This document shows, in pieces, positions 9,601-19,203 of a stretch of DNA of 36,001 nucleotides. A program made the translations under genes and the position numbers. Every line of letters starts with the position of its first letter. Within the stretch, counting starts at the first letter, position 1. The stretch is from the NCBI GenBank assembly GCA_040752415.1, contig JBFMGU010000100.1, forward strand, positions 1 through 36,001, written 5' to 3'. The stretch comes from Myxococcota bacterium (GTDB taxonomy: Bacteria > Myxococcota > JACRCW01). The notes under the pieces are model-generated. The model ran no database searches. It worked only from the letters and a program-made list of their open reading frames with translations, and had not been told where the DNA came from.

Positions 9601-10091
9601 GCCGCCGGACGCCCCTGCGGGCTGCTCCACCGGACCGCCAGCAGCGCCGCGCCCACGACGATGGCCACGTCCGCCACGTTGAAGATGCCGGTGCGCAGTG
9701 GACCCAGCCCCAGGTTCATGAAGTCCACCACGGCGCCGTTGTTGACCACGCGGTCCAGCCAGTTGCTCCACCCGCCGCCCAGGATGGCCGCCAGGGCCAG
9801 CACGCGCGTGCGGGAGAGCGGCGCGGTGAGGCCCCACCACAACGCACCCAACAGCAGCACGGCCACCAGGATGGTGAACGCCCAGAAGCGCAGGCGCGGG
9901 TCCAGGTTGCCGCCCATGCCCAGGAACGCGCCGGTGTTCTCCGCGTATTGCAGGCGGAACACGTCTCCCACGAATGAGATGGGCGCGCTGCCCGCCAACG
10001 ACTGCTCCGCCGCGCGCTTGGTGGCCTGATCACACCCGATGCATCCGCCCATCACGGCGGCCATTCCCAGGAGCCTGGTGCTTGTGGTCAT
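9588..10091 (-). CDS. lspA: signal peptidase II (lipoprotein signal peptidase)
   Basis: DQATK, ENTGAFLG, SNWLDRV, VVDF and FNVAD motifs; GGAGG RBS; overlaps the amidase 3' end by 13 bp. Confidence 0.92.
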   Translation of the reverse strand: MTTSTRLLGMAAVMGGCIGCDQATKRAAEQSLAGSAPISFVGDVFRLQYAENTGAFLGMGGNLDPRLRFWAFTILVAVLLLGALWWGLTAPLSRTRVLALAAILGGGWSNWLDRVVNNGAVVDFMNLGLGPLRTGIFNVADVAIVVGAALLAVRWSSPQGRPAAQSP

Positions 10092-10163
10092 GGGTTCCTC
10101 CAGCCCGTCCCCAACGGTCATTGTAGGCCGCGTATTTCCCGACGCCAGCGCGGGCGGCGCCGC

Positions 10164-11912
<1,749 letters not shown>

Positions 11913-11975
11913 GGCCCCGGAGCCTAACATGGGCTCAAGGGAAAGCGTTGCCGGGGGCACCCCGGAAGGCTAGGT

Positions 11976-11992
11976 GGGCAGATTGCTTGCCA
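11976..11992. promoter_or_regulatory. candidate sigma54 (-24/-12) promoter readable on both strands
   Basis: Plus strand gGGCAgattgcTTGCc; minus strand TGGCAagcaatCTGCc. Both have exact GG-N10-GC spacing, in the divergent intergenic region. Confidence 0.45.
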
Positions 11993-12014
11993 GGGGGCAG
12001 AAAGGCGCGTCGAG

Positions 12015-13259
12015 ATGCGCAAGACGTGGTGGCTTGCGGGGGCGATGCTGGTGGCGGGTCTGGGGTGCAAGCCCAGCGAGGGCGCATCCACGGGCGGTGG
12101 CGGCCCTCCGGGAGCACGCGGCGGCGGCGCGCCGGACAAGAGCAAGATGCAGTTCCCCGTCGAGGTGACCCCGGTGGCGGTGCGCCGCGTGGATTACAGC
12201 GTGTTCGCCGTGGGCTCGGTGGAGGCCCTGGAGTCCATGCAGATCACCGCGCGCGTGGCCGGTGCCGTGGACAAGGTGGCCTTCAACGAGGGTGACGTGG
12301 TGAAGGAGGGCCGCACCCTCGTCGAGATCGAGCCCGACCGGTACCGGCTTGCCGTGGAGACCGCCAAGGCCAACCTGCAGCGTGTGGAGGCGGTGAAGGC
12401 CGACGCGGAGGCGCTGTTGGCTCGTCGGGAGAGCGCACTGGAGAAGGTGCCGGGCGCGTACCCGCAGGAGGAGCTGGACGTGCTGCGCACGCGCGTCCGG
12501 ACCGCCTCCGCGGACCTGGCGGCCGCCGAGACCGCGCTCAAGCTCGCCGAGCTGAACCTGCGCGACGCACTGGTCCGTGCTCCCGCCACCGGGACCATCC
12601 AGACGCGCACGGTGCAGCCCGGGCAGTACGTGCAGCCAGGCACCGTGATGGCCACCATGCTGCGCAAGGACGTGCTGGTGGTGCGCTTCCACGTGCCGGA
12701 GCAGGACGCCGCGCGCCTCCAGCCGGGCATGAAGGCGGAGTTCGTGGTGGCCGGGACCGACCGCACCTTCACGCTCACCCTTACCCACGTCTCCGACCTC
12801 ACCAACCCCAACAGCCGCCTCGTGCCCGTGCTGGCGCGCATCGAGGACGGGGACCGCAACGTGCTGCGCCCGGGTGCGTTTGCGCAGGTCACCATCCCGG
12901 TGGGCGGCGCCGACGACGCACCGGTCATCCCGCAGATTGCCGTGCGGCCGAGCGAGCGCGGGTTCCTGGCGTTCGTCGTCGAGGATGGGCTGGCGCGCGA
13001 GCGCACGTTGACGCTGGGCATGCGCACGCAGGACGGGTTGGTGGAGGTGCGCTCCGGCGTGCGCTCCGGCGAGAGCCTGGTCATCCGCGGTGCGGAAGCG
13101 TTGCGTGACGGCGCCCCGGTGCGGGTGGTCCCGCCGCAGCCCACCGCTCCGCGGGAAGGCGTTCCCTCCGCGCAGCCCGCGCCCCCCACCTCCGCGCTCC
13201 CCGACGGTGGCGGTGCGCGCGACGGCGCCACGGCGACGGGACAGCCCTCACGCCTGTGA
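12015..13259 (+). CDS. efflux RND transporter periplasmic adaptor (MFP) lipoprotein
   Basis: Lipobox GLGC, lipoyl halves (VAGAVDKVAFNEGDVVKEG; VRAPATGTI...PGQYV), alpha-hairpin, LRPG.F and VEVRSGV..GE. Confidence 0.92.
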   Translation: MRKTWWLAGAMLVAGLGCKPSEGASTGGGGPPGARGGGAPDKSKMQFPVEVTPVAVRRVDYSVFAVGSVEALESMQITARVAGAVDKVAFNEGDVVKEGRTLVEIEPDRYRLAVETAKANLQRVEAVKADAEALLARRESALEKVPGAYPQEELDVLRTRVRTASADLAAAETALKLAELNLRDALVRAPATGTIQTRTVQPGQYVQPGTVMATMLRKDVLVVRFHVPEQDAARLQPGMKAEFVVAGTDRTFTLTLTHVSDLTNPNSRLVPVLARIEDGDRNVLRPGAFAQVTIPVGGADDAPVIPQIAVRPSERGFLAFVVEDGLARERTLTLGMRTQDGLVEVRSGVRSGESLVIRGAEALRDGAPVRVVPPQPTAPREGVPSAQPAPPTSALPDGGGARDGATATGQPSRL

Positions 13260-13897
13260 TGCGCCCGCAACCCGAGCCGCCGCTGCTGGTGCTCGCGTAC
13301 CACAAGCCCGTGGGGCTGGTGACCACGCACTCCGACGAGCTGGGTCGTGAAACCGTCTATGACCGGCTGATCCCCCGGCTCCCGGAGCCCATGCGTGTCC
13401 TGCGTTGGCACGCCGTGGGGCGGCTGGACATGGACACCTCCGGGCTGCTGCTGTTCACCACCAGCGGGCGCTTCATCCACCACGCCACGCAACCGGCCAC
13501 CGGGCTCCGGAAGAAGTACCAGGTGCTGGCCAAGGGCATCCTCACCGACGAGCAGCTGCGCGGCCTGCGTGAAGGCGTGGAGCTCACCGGGGGACTGGGA
13601 CGCAGCGGCGGCGCGGGTGTGGAGGTCACGGAGCACCAGAAGGCCACCACCTGGCTGAACCTGGAGATCAGCGAGGGAAAGAACCGTGAGGTGCGACGCA
13701 TGCTGCTGGCGGTGGGCAGTCAGGTCATCCGGCTGAAGCGCGTGGCGGTGGGCGGCCTGTTGCTGGACGTGGGTGAGGACCAATGGCGCCAGCTCTCCCA
13801 CCGCGAGATCAAGGAGAAGCTGGGATTCGACCCCGCCCCCCACGTCGAGCGCGCGCCTCCGTCCCGTCCTCCCGCGCGCCGCCGCAGGCGCGGTTGA
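13256..13897 (+). CDS. rRNA pseudouridine synthase, RsuA/RluE-like (no S4 domain)
   Basis: YHKPVG, catalytic GRLDMDTSGLLL, EGKNREVRRM and LKRVAVG motifs; overlaps the MFP stop. Confidence 0.92.
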   Translation: MMRPQPEPPLLVLAYHKPVGLVTTHSDELGRETVYDRLIPRLPEPMRVLRWHAVGRLDMDTSGLLLFTTSGRFIHHATQPATGLRKKYQVLAKGILTDEQLRGLREGVELTGGLGRSGGAGVEVTEHQKATTWLNLEISEGKNREVRRMLLAVGSQVIRLKRVAVGGLLLDVGEDQWRQLSHREIKEKLGFDPAPHVERAPPSRPPARRRRRG

Positions 13898-13930
13898 AAT
13901 GGGCCGGGTCCCTCGCGCAAGCTGCGGGAC

Positions 13931-14302
13931 ATGCACGTGGTGGCGGGTGTCCTGGAGCGGTCGGGGCGGTGGCTCATCTGTCAGCGACCGGCGCACAAGC
14001 ACCACGGCGGCCTGTGGGAGTTCCCCGGCGGCAAGGTGGAGGCGGGAGAGACGCCGCAGGATGCGCTCAGGCGTGAGCTGCTCGAGGAGCTGGGCATCAC
14101 CGTGCGCCACGCCGGGACGCTGCTCTACACGCACCGCAATCCCGCGCGGGACTTCACGCTGGAGTTCTATCCCGTGCAGTGGGAAGGCGAGCCGGAATGC
14201 CTGGAGCACGCGGCGCTGGCGTGGTGCACCGTCGAGGAGATGCTGGCGCTGCCGCTGGCGCCCTCCGACCGCATCTTCGCCGGCCAGCTGAAGAAGAGCT
14301 AA
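13931..14302 (+). CDS. (d)NTP pyrophosphohydrolase, MutT/NudG-like Nudix hydrolase
   Basis: WEFPGGKVEAGETPQDALRRELLEELGI contains a complete Nudix box. Confidence 0.92.
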   Translation: MHVVAGVLERSGRWLICQRPAHKHHGGLWEFPGGKVEAGETPQDALRRELLEELGITVRHAGTLLYTHRNPARDFTLEFYPVQWEGEPECLEHAALAWCTVEEMLALPLAPSDRIFAGQLKKS

Positions 14303-14321
14303 GGACACTAAGATACGTCGC

Positions 14322-14369
14322 GGACACGGGCGGCGCCACCGGAACCGGCGGAGCCGCCCGTCCATGTCC
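14322..14369. terminator. GC-rich hairpin between convergent genes (possible bidirectional terminator)
   Basis: ACGGGCGGC (14326-14334) pairs with GCCGCCCGT (14353-14361), with further inner pairing; there is no U-tract. Confidence 0.4.
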
Positions 14370-14382
14370 CCGCGCCGCGGAA

Positions 14383-14823
14383 TCAGCGCTTGAAATCAAT
14401 GTCGTCGGCGAAGATGACCAGGCGGCCCTCGTACTGACGCAGCGCCATGTCATCCAAGTCCGTCTGCAGCCGGCGTTCCGCTTCCGCAATGCTGAACAGC
14501 TCCACCGGGCCTCTCACGCGCACCTGCTGGTTCTCCAGCTGCATGCGGAACTCGTCCATGCTGCGCAGCGGCTGCACCGACGGACTCAGCGGCGTCTTCG
14601 TCAACACCAGGATCTCGCGACCACCCGGGCTGCGATCCTCCATCACGAACGCCGTGGGACTGATGACCTGCTCGATCTCGCCCGCCATGGCGATCCGTTG
14701 GCCAATGTGCTTGGCCGGGTCTCGCATCACATCCTGCACGGTGTTGGCGCGCGGTGCGCTGCAGGCCACGTACCCGCTGCACAGGGCCGCCAACGTCATG
14801 GCACGAACCCATCTGCTCTTCAT
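14383..14823 (-). CDS. hypothetical lipoprotein, possible OB-fold
   Basis: RBS then MKSRWVRAMTLAALCSGYVAC. TVQDVMRDPAKHIGQRIAMAGEIEQVI and VRVRGPV suggest OB-fold strands. Confidence 0.6.
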   Translation of the reverse strand: MKSRWVRAMTLAALCSGYVACSAPRANTVQDVMRDPAKHIGQRIAMAGEIEQVISPTAFVMEDRSPGGREILVLTKTPLSPSVQPLRSMDEFRMQLENQQVRVRGPVELFSIAEAERRLQTDLDDMALRQYEGRLVIFADDIDFKR

Positions 14824-15012
14824 GGTGAAGTCTCCCGTCCCCGCCACGTCGGCGGGATCCGTGCGCCCAACGTGGAGCGCCGCGCCTCTGACACGCGGTC
14901 TATCGACCTGGGCAGGCCGGGCAAGCACGGACGAGACGCGGCCGCAGCTCCCCGCTCCGTCGGCGTGGCGCCGGTGCGCCGGGTAGATCACGACGTGCAT
15001 GGGAGGTGGCGC

Positions 15013-16002
15013 ATGGCGCAGGTGGTGGTGATCACCGGCGCGTCGGCGGGGGTGGGGCGCGCAACGGCCAAGGCGTTTGCCCGGCAGGGCGCGTGCGTTG
15101 CGTTGCTGGCGCGTGGCCGGGATGGGCTCGCGGGTGCGTATGAAGACGTCATCCGCGCGGGAGGAGAAGCGCTGGTCATTCCCACCGACGTGGCCGACCC
15201 GGTGCAGGTCCTGACCGCCGCGGCGCGCGTGGTGGAGGCGTGGGGGCGGATTGACGTCTGGGTGAACAACGCCACCGTCACGGTGTTCGCGCCGTTCATG
15301 CAGGTCACGCCCGAGGAGTACCAGCGCGTCACCGACGTCACCTACCTGGGCACCGTGTACGGCACCATGGCCGCGCTCAGGCACATGTCCGCGCGCAACC
15401 AGGGCACCGTGGTGCAGGTGGGCTCCGCGCTGGCCTACCGCGGCATCCCGCTGCAGAGCGCGTACTGCGGCGCCAAGCACGCCATCCAGGGATTCACGGA
15501 GTCTGTCCGCGCCGAGCTGATCCACGACCACAGCGACGTGCGGATCACGATGGTGCAGCTCCCCGCGCTGAACACGCCGCAGTTCGAGTGGAACCGCGCC
15601 AAGCTGCCCCGCGCACCGCAACCGGTTCCGCCCATCTATCAACCGGAGGTCGCCGCGCGCGCCATTGTGTGGGCCGCCCGCCATGCCCCACGCGAGGTGA
15701 ACGTGGGCGCCATGACCAGCGTGGTGATCAACGGCAACAAGCTGCTCCCCGGCGTCGGCGACTGGTACCTGGGGCGCACGGGTTACGATTCCCAGCAGAC
15801 CGACACGCCGCTGCCACCGGGCCGTCCCGACAATCTCTTCCGCCCCGTCCCGGGCGACCACGGCGCGCACGGACCCTTTGATGACCGCGCGGGAAGTCAC
15901 AGTCCGCAACTGTTCGCCAGGATGCACCGCCCGACGATGATGCTCGCGATTCTGGGGTTGGCCCTGGGCGCGCGGGTCGTGGGTCGGATGGCGCGTCCAT
16001 GA
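15013..16002 (+). CDS. SDR family oxidoreductase
   Basis: TGASAGVG, VNNA and catalytic YCGAK; GGAGG RBS; C-terminal hydrophobic tail. Confidence 0.92.
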   Translation: MAQVVVITGASAGVGRATAKAFARQGACVALLARGRDGLAGAYEDVIRAGGEALVIPTDVADPVQVLTAAARVVEAWGRIDVWVNNATVTVFAPFMQVTPEEYQRVTDVTYLGTVYGTMAALRHMSARNQGTVVQVGSALAYRGIPLQSAYCGAKHAIQGFTESVRAELIHDHSDVRITMVQLPALNTPQFEWNRAKLPRAPQPVPPIYQPEVAARAIVWAARHAPREVNVGAMTSVVINGNKLLPGVGDWYLGRTGYDSQQTDTPLPPGRPDNLFRPVPGDHGAHGPFDDRAGSHSPQLFARMHRPTMMLAILGLALGARVVGRMARP

Positions 16003-16008
16003 CGAAGG

Positions 16009-16662
16009 TCAGCCGCGCGTCAGCAACGCCACCACGTCCGGGTGTCCCTTCTCCCTGGCCAGGTCCGCGGCAGTGCTCCCGTTGTCGGCCTGCAGCGACG
16101 CATCCGCGCCGTGGCGCAACAGCAGGCGAACCCCCTCGACGTCGCCGTGCAGGGCGCGCGCTTGCAGCGGAGTCCATCCGGCTTGCTGTCGGGCGTTGAC
16201 GTTGGCGCCGGCTTTCAGCAGCACCTCCATCACCGCGCGGTGTCCCGCGGAGGCGGCGCTGTGCAGCGGTTGCACCTGCATGGGATTGCGCGCCACGGCG
16301 TGGACGTCCGCACCGTGCTGGAGGAGCACCTCCGCAACCGCCGCACGACCAAAAAACGCGGCGAAGTGCAACGCCGTGAACCCGTCGGGTGAGACGGCCT
16401 TCACCAGCGACGCGTCCTTCCCGACGAGACTGGCGACCCGCGCGGTGTTGCCGAGTGCGGTGGCCTCGAAGACGTCCAGGTCACCACCCGCGGCGAGGAT
16501 GTCCGCCAACTCCCGCTTGCCGTGGTACATCGCGCTCATCACCAGCGACACCCCGGACGCATCGCGCGCCCTCGACAGCGACGGGTCCCTGGTCACCAGG
16601 TCCCTGAGCTTCCCCGCATCTCCCGCCGTGATGGCCTCCAGCGCCGCGGCAACCTCTCCCAT
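16009..16662 (-). CDS. ankyrin-repeat protein
   Basis: DGFTALHFAA, QPLHSAASAGH, GWTPLQ and GADV/GANVNA repeats; GGAGG RBS. Confidence 0.92.
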   Translation of the reverse strand: MGEVAAALEAITAGDAGKLRDLVTRDPSLSRARDASGVSLVMSAMYHGKRELADILAAGGDLDVFEATALGNTARVASLVGKDASLVKAVSPDGFTALHFAAFFGRAAVAEVLLQHGADVHAVARNPMQVQPLHSAASAGHRAVMEVLLKAGANVNARQQAGWTPLQARALHGDVEGVRLLLRHGADASLQADNGSTAADLAREKGHPDVVALLTRG

Positions 16663-16674
16663 GTCTTCCTCCAG

Positions 16675-16695
16675 ATCGTTAGCCATGCTAATGAT
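16675..16695. promoter_or_regulatory. inverted repeat, probable MarR operator
   Basis: ATCgTTAGC-CAT-GCTAAtGAT in the 39-bp gap between the divergent ankyrin and marR genes. Confidence 0.6.
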
Positions 16696-16701
16696 TACGG
16701 G

Positions 16702-17154
16702 GTGACCGCGCGTTCCACAAGCCGCAAGCCATTCCCGCCGCGGGAGATTGCGGACCGGTTGCACTCGGTTTCCATCCGGTTGCTGCGCTGGCTCCGTCGG
16801 GTGGACGCGGCGGCGGGGGTAGGGCCGGCGCGTCTCTCCGCGCTGAGCGTGCTGACCTTTGGTGGTCCCATGACGCTGGGGCAGCTCGCGGCCGCGGAGC
16901 AGGTGAAGCCGCCGACGATGACGCGCGTGGTGCACGGCCTGGAAGCGGAGGGTTTGGCGCAACGCATCCCGGATCCCGCCGACGGCCGTGTGGTGCGCGT
17001 GGCGGCCACCGCGGCGGGGAAGCGCCTGCTGCAGCAGGGACGTCGACGTCGCGTGGAGGTGTTGAACCGCCGCGTGAAGGAACTGCCCGCCGCGGAGCTG
17101 GCCACGCTGGAGCGTGCGGTGGAGATCCTGGAGCGCATGACGCGGGGCGGCTGA
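16702..17154 (+). CDS. MarR family transcriptional regulator
   Basis: GTG start; MTLGQLAAAEQVKPPTMTRVVHGLEAEGL...DPADGR winged HTH. Confidence 0.9.
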   Translation: MTARSTSRKPFPPREIADRLHSVSIRLLRWLRRVDAAAGVGPARLSALSVLTFGGPMTLGQLAAAEQVKPPTMTRVVHGLEAEGLAQRIPDPADGRVVRVAATAAGKRLLQQGRRRRVEVLNRRVKELPAAELATLERAVEILERMTRGG

Positions 17155-17348
17155 CGTCCTGGACCACGTTCGCGTCCAGCGCGGACGGGACGGTGGCTCA
17201 GCAACGGGCCAGACCAGGGATCACGAGGTCAAGGCGAAACGTCGCCGCCCCGTGAACGTGACGTCCTCGTCGAGGATTCAGGTTGCGCGCTGCCGCGTCC
17301 CGGCATCCCGGTTACCTCCAGCCACAACATTCTCGTCGGAGCTTGGCC

Positions 17349-18005
17349 ATGAAGGTGGTGCTCGGGATCGTGGTGTTGGTGCTGGTGATCGCGGGTGCGG
17401 TGGCGGTGGTCGACGCGCAGGGAACCTGGGGGCCCGGGAATCTGCACAACCAGCTCCAGGGCGTGGACCCCGTGGGACCCCAGGATGCCGAGGAGTCGCC
17501 CCGCCCCGTGACGCCGCAACTCAGCGCGGAGCCACCCGTTCCGGGTCCCACCAGGAACCTGCCTGGCGTTGACCGTCGGTTCCTGACGCGCGCCATCACC
17601 CAGAGCGACCGCGTGGAAGCGCTCAGCCGGATGATGCTCGACCACGACGTCAGCAATGAGGTGAAAGGCCTGGCGCAGAGCGTGATGGAGAGTCACATGC
17701 TGATCGGCGGGCGGTTGCGCACCATCGCGTCCCAGGGACGTGTCCCGCTCCGTGAGCCCGTCCTGCCGACGCCGGAGATGAAGCGCCTCGCGCGGCTCCA
17801 GGGTGAACGCCTGGAGCGTGAGTACCTCGAGACGGTGATCCGGGCACATCGTCGGGCCGCGGCCAGCTTCCAGCGACACATCACAGCCGCGCGGGATCCC
17901 GACGTGCGCCACGTGGCGGCCATGTCGCTGCCCATCCTGCAGACGAACCTGAGCGAGGCGATCCGACTGCGCAACCAGGTCCGTCGGGAGGGCGCGGGTG
18001 GGTGA
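17349..18005 (+). CDS. DUF4142-like (ferritin-like) secreted protein
   Basis: Signal peptide; DRRFLTRA, EVKGLAQSVMESH, YLETVIRAH and LPILQTNL pattern. Confidence 0.7.
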   Translation: MKVVLGIVVLVLVIAGAVAVVDAQGTWGPGNLHNQLQGVDPVGPQDAEESPRPVTPQLSAEPPVPGPTRNLPGVDRRFLTRAITQSDRVEALSRMMLDHDVSNEVKGLAQSVMESHMLIGGRLRTIASQGRVPLREPVLPTPEMKRLARLQGERLEREYLETVIRAHRRAAASFQRHITAARDPDVRHVAAMSLPILQTNLSEAIRLRNQVRREGAGG

Positions 18006-18054
18006 GGCGCGGTCCGGGTTGATGACGCCGACACCGTCACGCCGCCGTAAGTGG

Positions 18055-18314
18055 GTTCCTTCACAGCGGGAGAGCAGCTGGTTGAGCCCGAGGAGCCCGA
18101 GCCAAAGCGGCATTTCAGGCCGCACTCCCAGAGTGGCGGCCGCGCGCGTCTCACGGGGCGGAGAGGCCGCCACGCAGGGTTTCCGACGTACAACCGAGGT
18201 GCGGGCAATCTGATACAGGTGCGCGCGCGGCCCGCACCCTTGGGAGTGCGGTCTGAAGTACTGCTTTGGCTCGGGCTGTCCGGGCTCAACGAACTCCTCC
18301 ACACGTGAAGGAAC
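18055..18314. repeat. inverted doublet of a structured repeat unit (REPIN/MITE-like)
   Basis: 18081-18130 versus the reverse complement of 18241-18290 match at 43/50 by hand count, with similarity extending to GTTCCTTCAC at both ends. Two internal perfect 9-bp stems. A third copy lies at 35893-36001. Confidence 0.85.
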
Positions 18315-18362
18315 TTTGGTCACGAACCGGTAGTGCCTTCCCTGAAAACCACGGGTCACGAC

Positions 18363-19118
18363 ATGGCTGACAACGACATCGTCTTCATCACGGGTGCAAC
18401 CTCAGGCTTCGGTGAGGCGTGCGCGCGGGCCTTTGCCGCACAGGGCGCCCGCTTGGTGCTCACCGGTCGACGAGAGGAACGCCTGCGCGCCCTGAAAGCG
18501 GAGCTGAAGACGCAGGTCCACACCGTGGTGCTGGACGTGCGCGACAACGCCGCGGTGGAGCGCGCGGTGAAGGACCTCCCGCGGGAATTCTCCGACGTCA
18601 CCATCCTGCTCAACAACGCCGGCCTGGCACTGGGATTGGGGCCCGCGCACAAGGTGAGCCTGCAGGACTGGGAGACCATGGTGGACACCAACATCAAGGG
18701 TGTCCTCTACGTCACGCGCGCGTTGCTGCCCGGCATGGTGGAGCGCAACCGCGGTCACATCATCAACCTGGGCAGCGTGGCGGGGACGTATCCCTATCCC
18801 GGCGGCAACGTGTATGGCGCCACCAAGGCGTTCCTGCACCAGTTCACCATGAACCTGAAGGCCGACCTCGTCGGGACGCGCGTGCGCGTGACCACCATCG
18901 AGCCGGGAATGGCTGAGACGGAGTTCTCCCTGGTGCGCTTTGGTGGCGACGCGGAGAAGGCGAGGGCCGTCTACCAGGGCATGCAGCCGCTCACGCCGCA
19001 GGACATTGCCGACGCCGTGCTGTGGTGCGCGACGCGGCCCGCGCACGTGAACATCAACGCCATCGAGATCATGCCGGTGGCCCAGGGCTTCAGTCCCTTT
19101 GCCGTGCATCGCGGTTGA
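18363..19118 (+). CDS. NADP-dependent SDR, YdfG-like
   Basis: ITGATSGFG, NNAGLALG, YPGGNVYGATK, IEPGMAETEFSLVRF and PAHVNIN. Confidence 0.9.
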   Translation: MADNDIVFITGATSGFGEACARAFAAQGARLVLTGRREERLRALKAELKTQVHTVVLDVRDNAAVERAVKDLPREFSDVTILLNNAGLALGLGPAHKVSLQDWETMVDTNIKGVLYVTRALLPGMVERNRGHIINLGSVAGTYPYPGGNVYGATKAFLHQFTMNLKADLVGTRVRVTTIEPGMAETEFSLVRFGGDAEKARAVYQGMQPLTPQDIADAVLWCATRPAHVNINAIEIMPVAQGFSPFAVHRG

Positions 19119-19158
19119 CGCTCCGCGCGCCTTGGCGGTCGTTGTGAGCCACCTTCTG

Positions 19159-19200
19159 ACTCCTGACTTCCTTGTGGGGTTTCCCCGACAATCCAGGAGT
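19159..19200. terminator. hairpin between the convergent SDR and radical SAM genes
   Basis: ACTCCTG...TTGT-GGGG-TTT-CCCC-G-ACAA...CAGGAGT; GAAA loop on the minus strand directly after the rSAM stop; no clear U-tract. Confidence 0.4.
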
Positions 19201-19203
19201 TGT

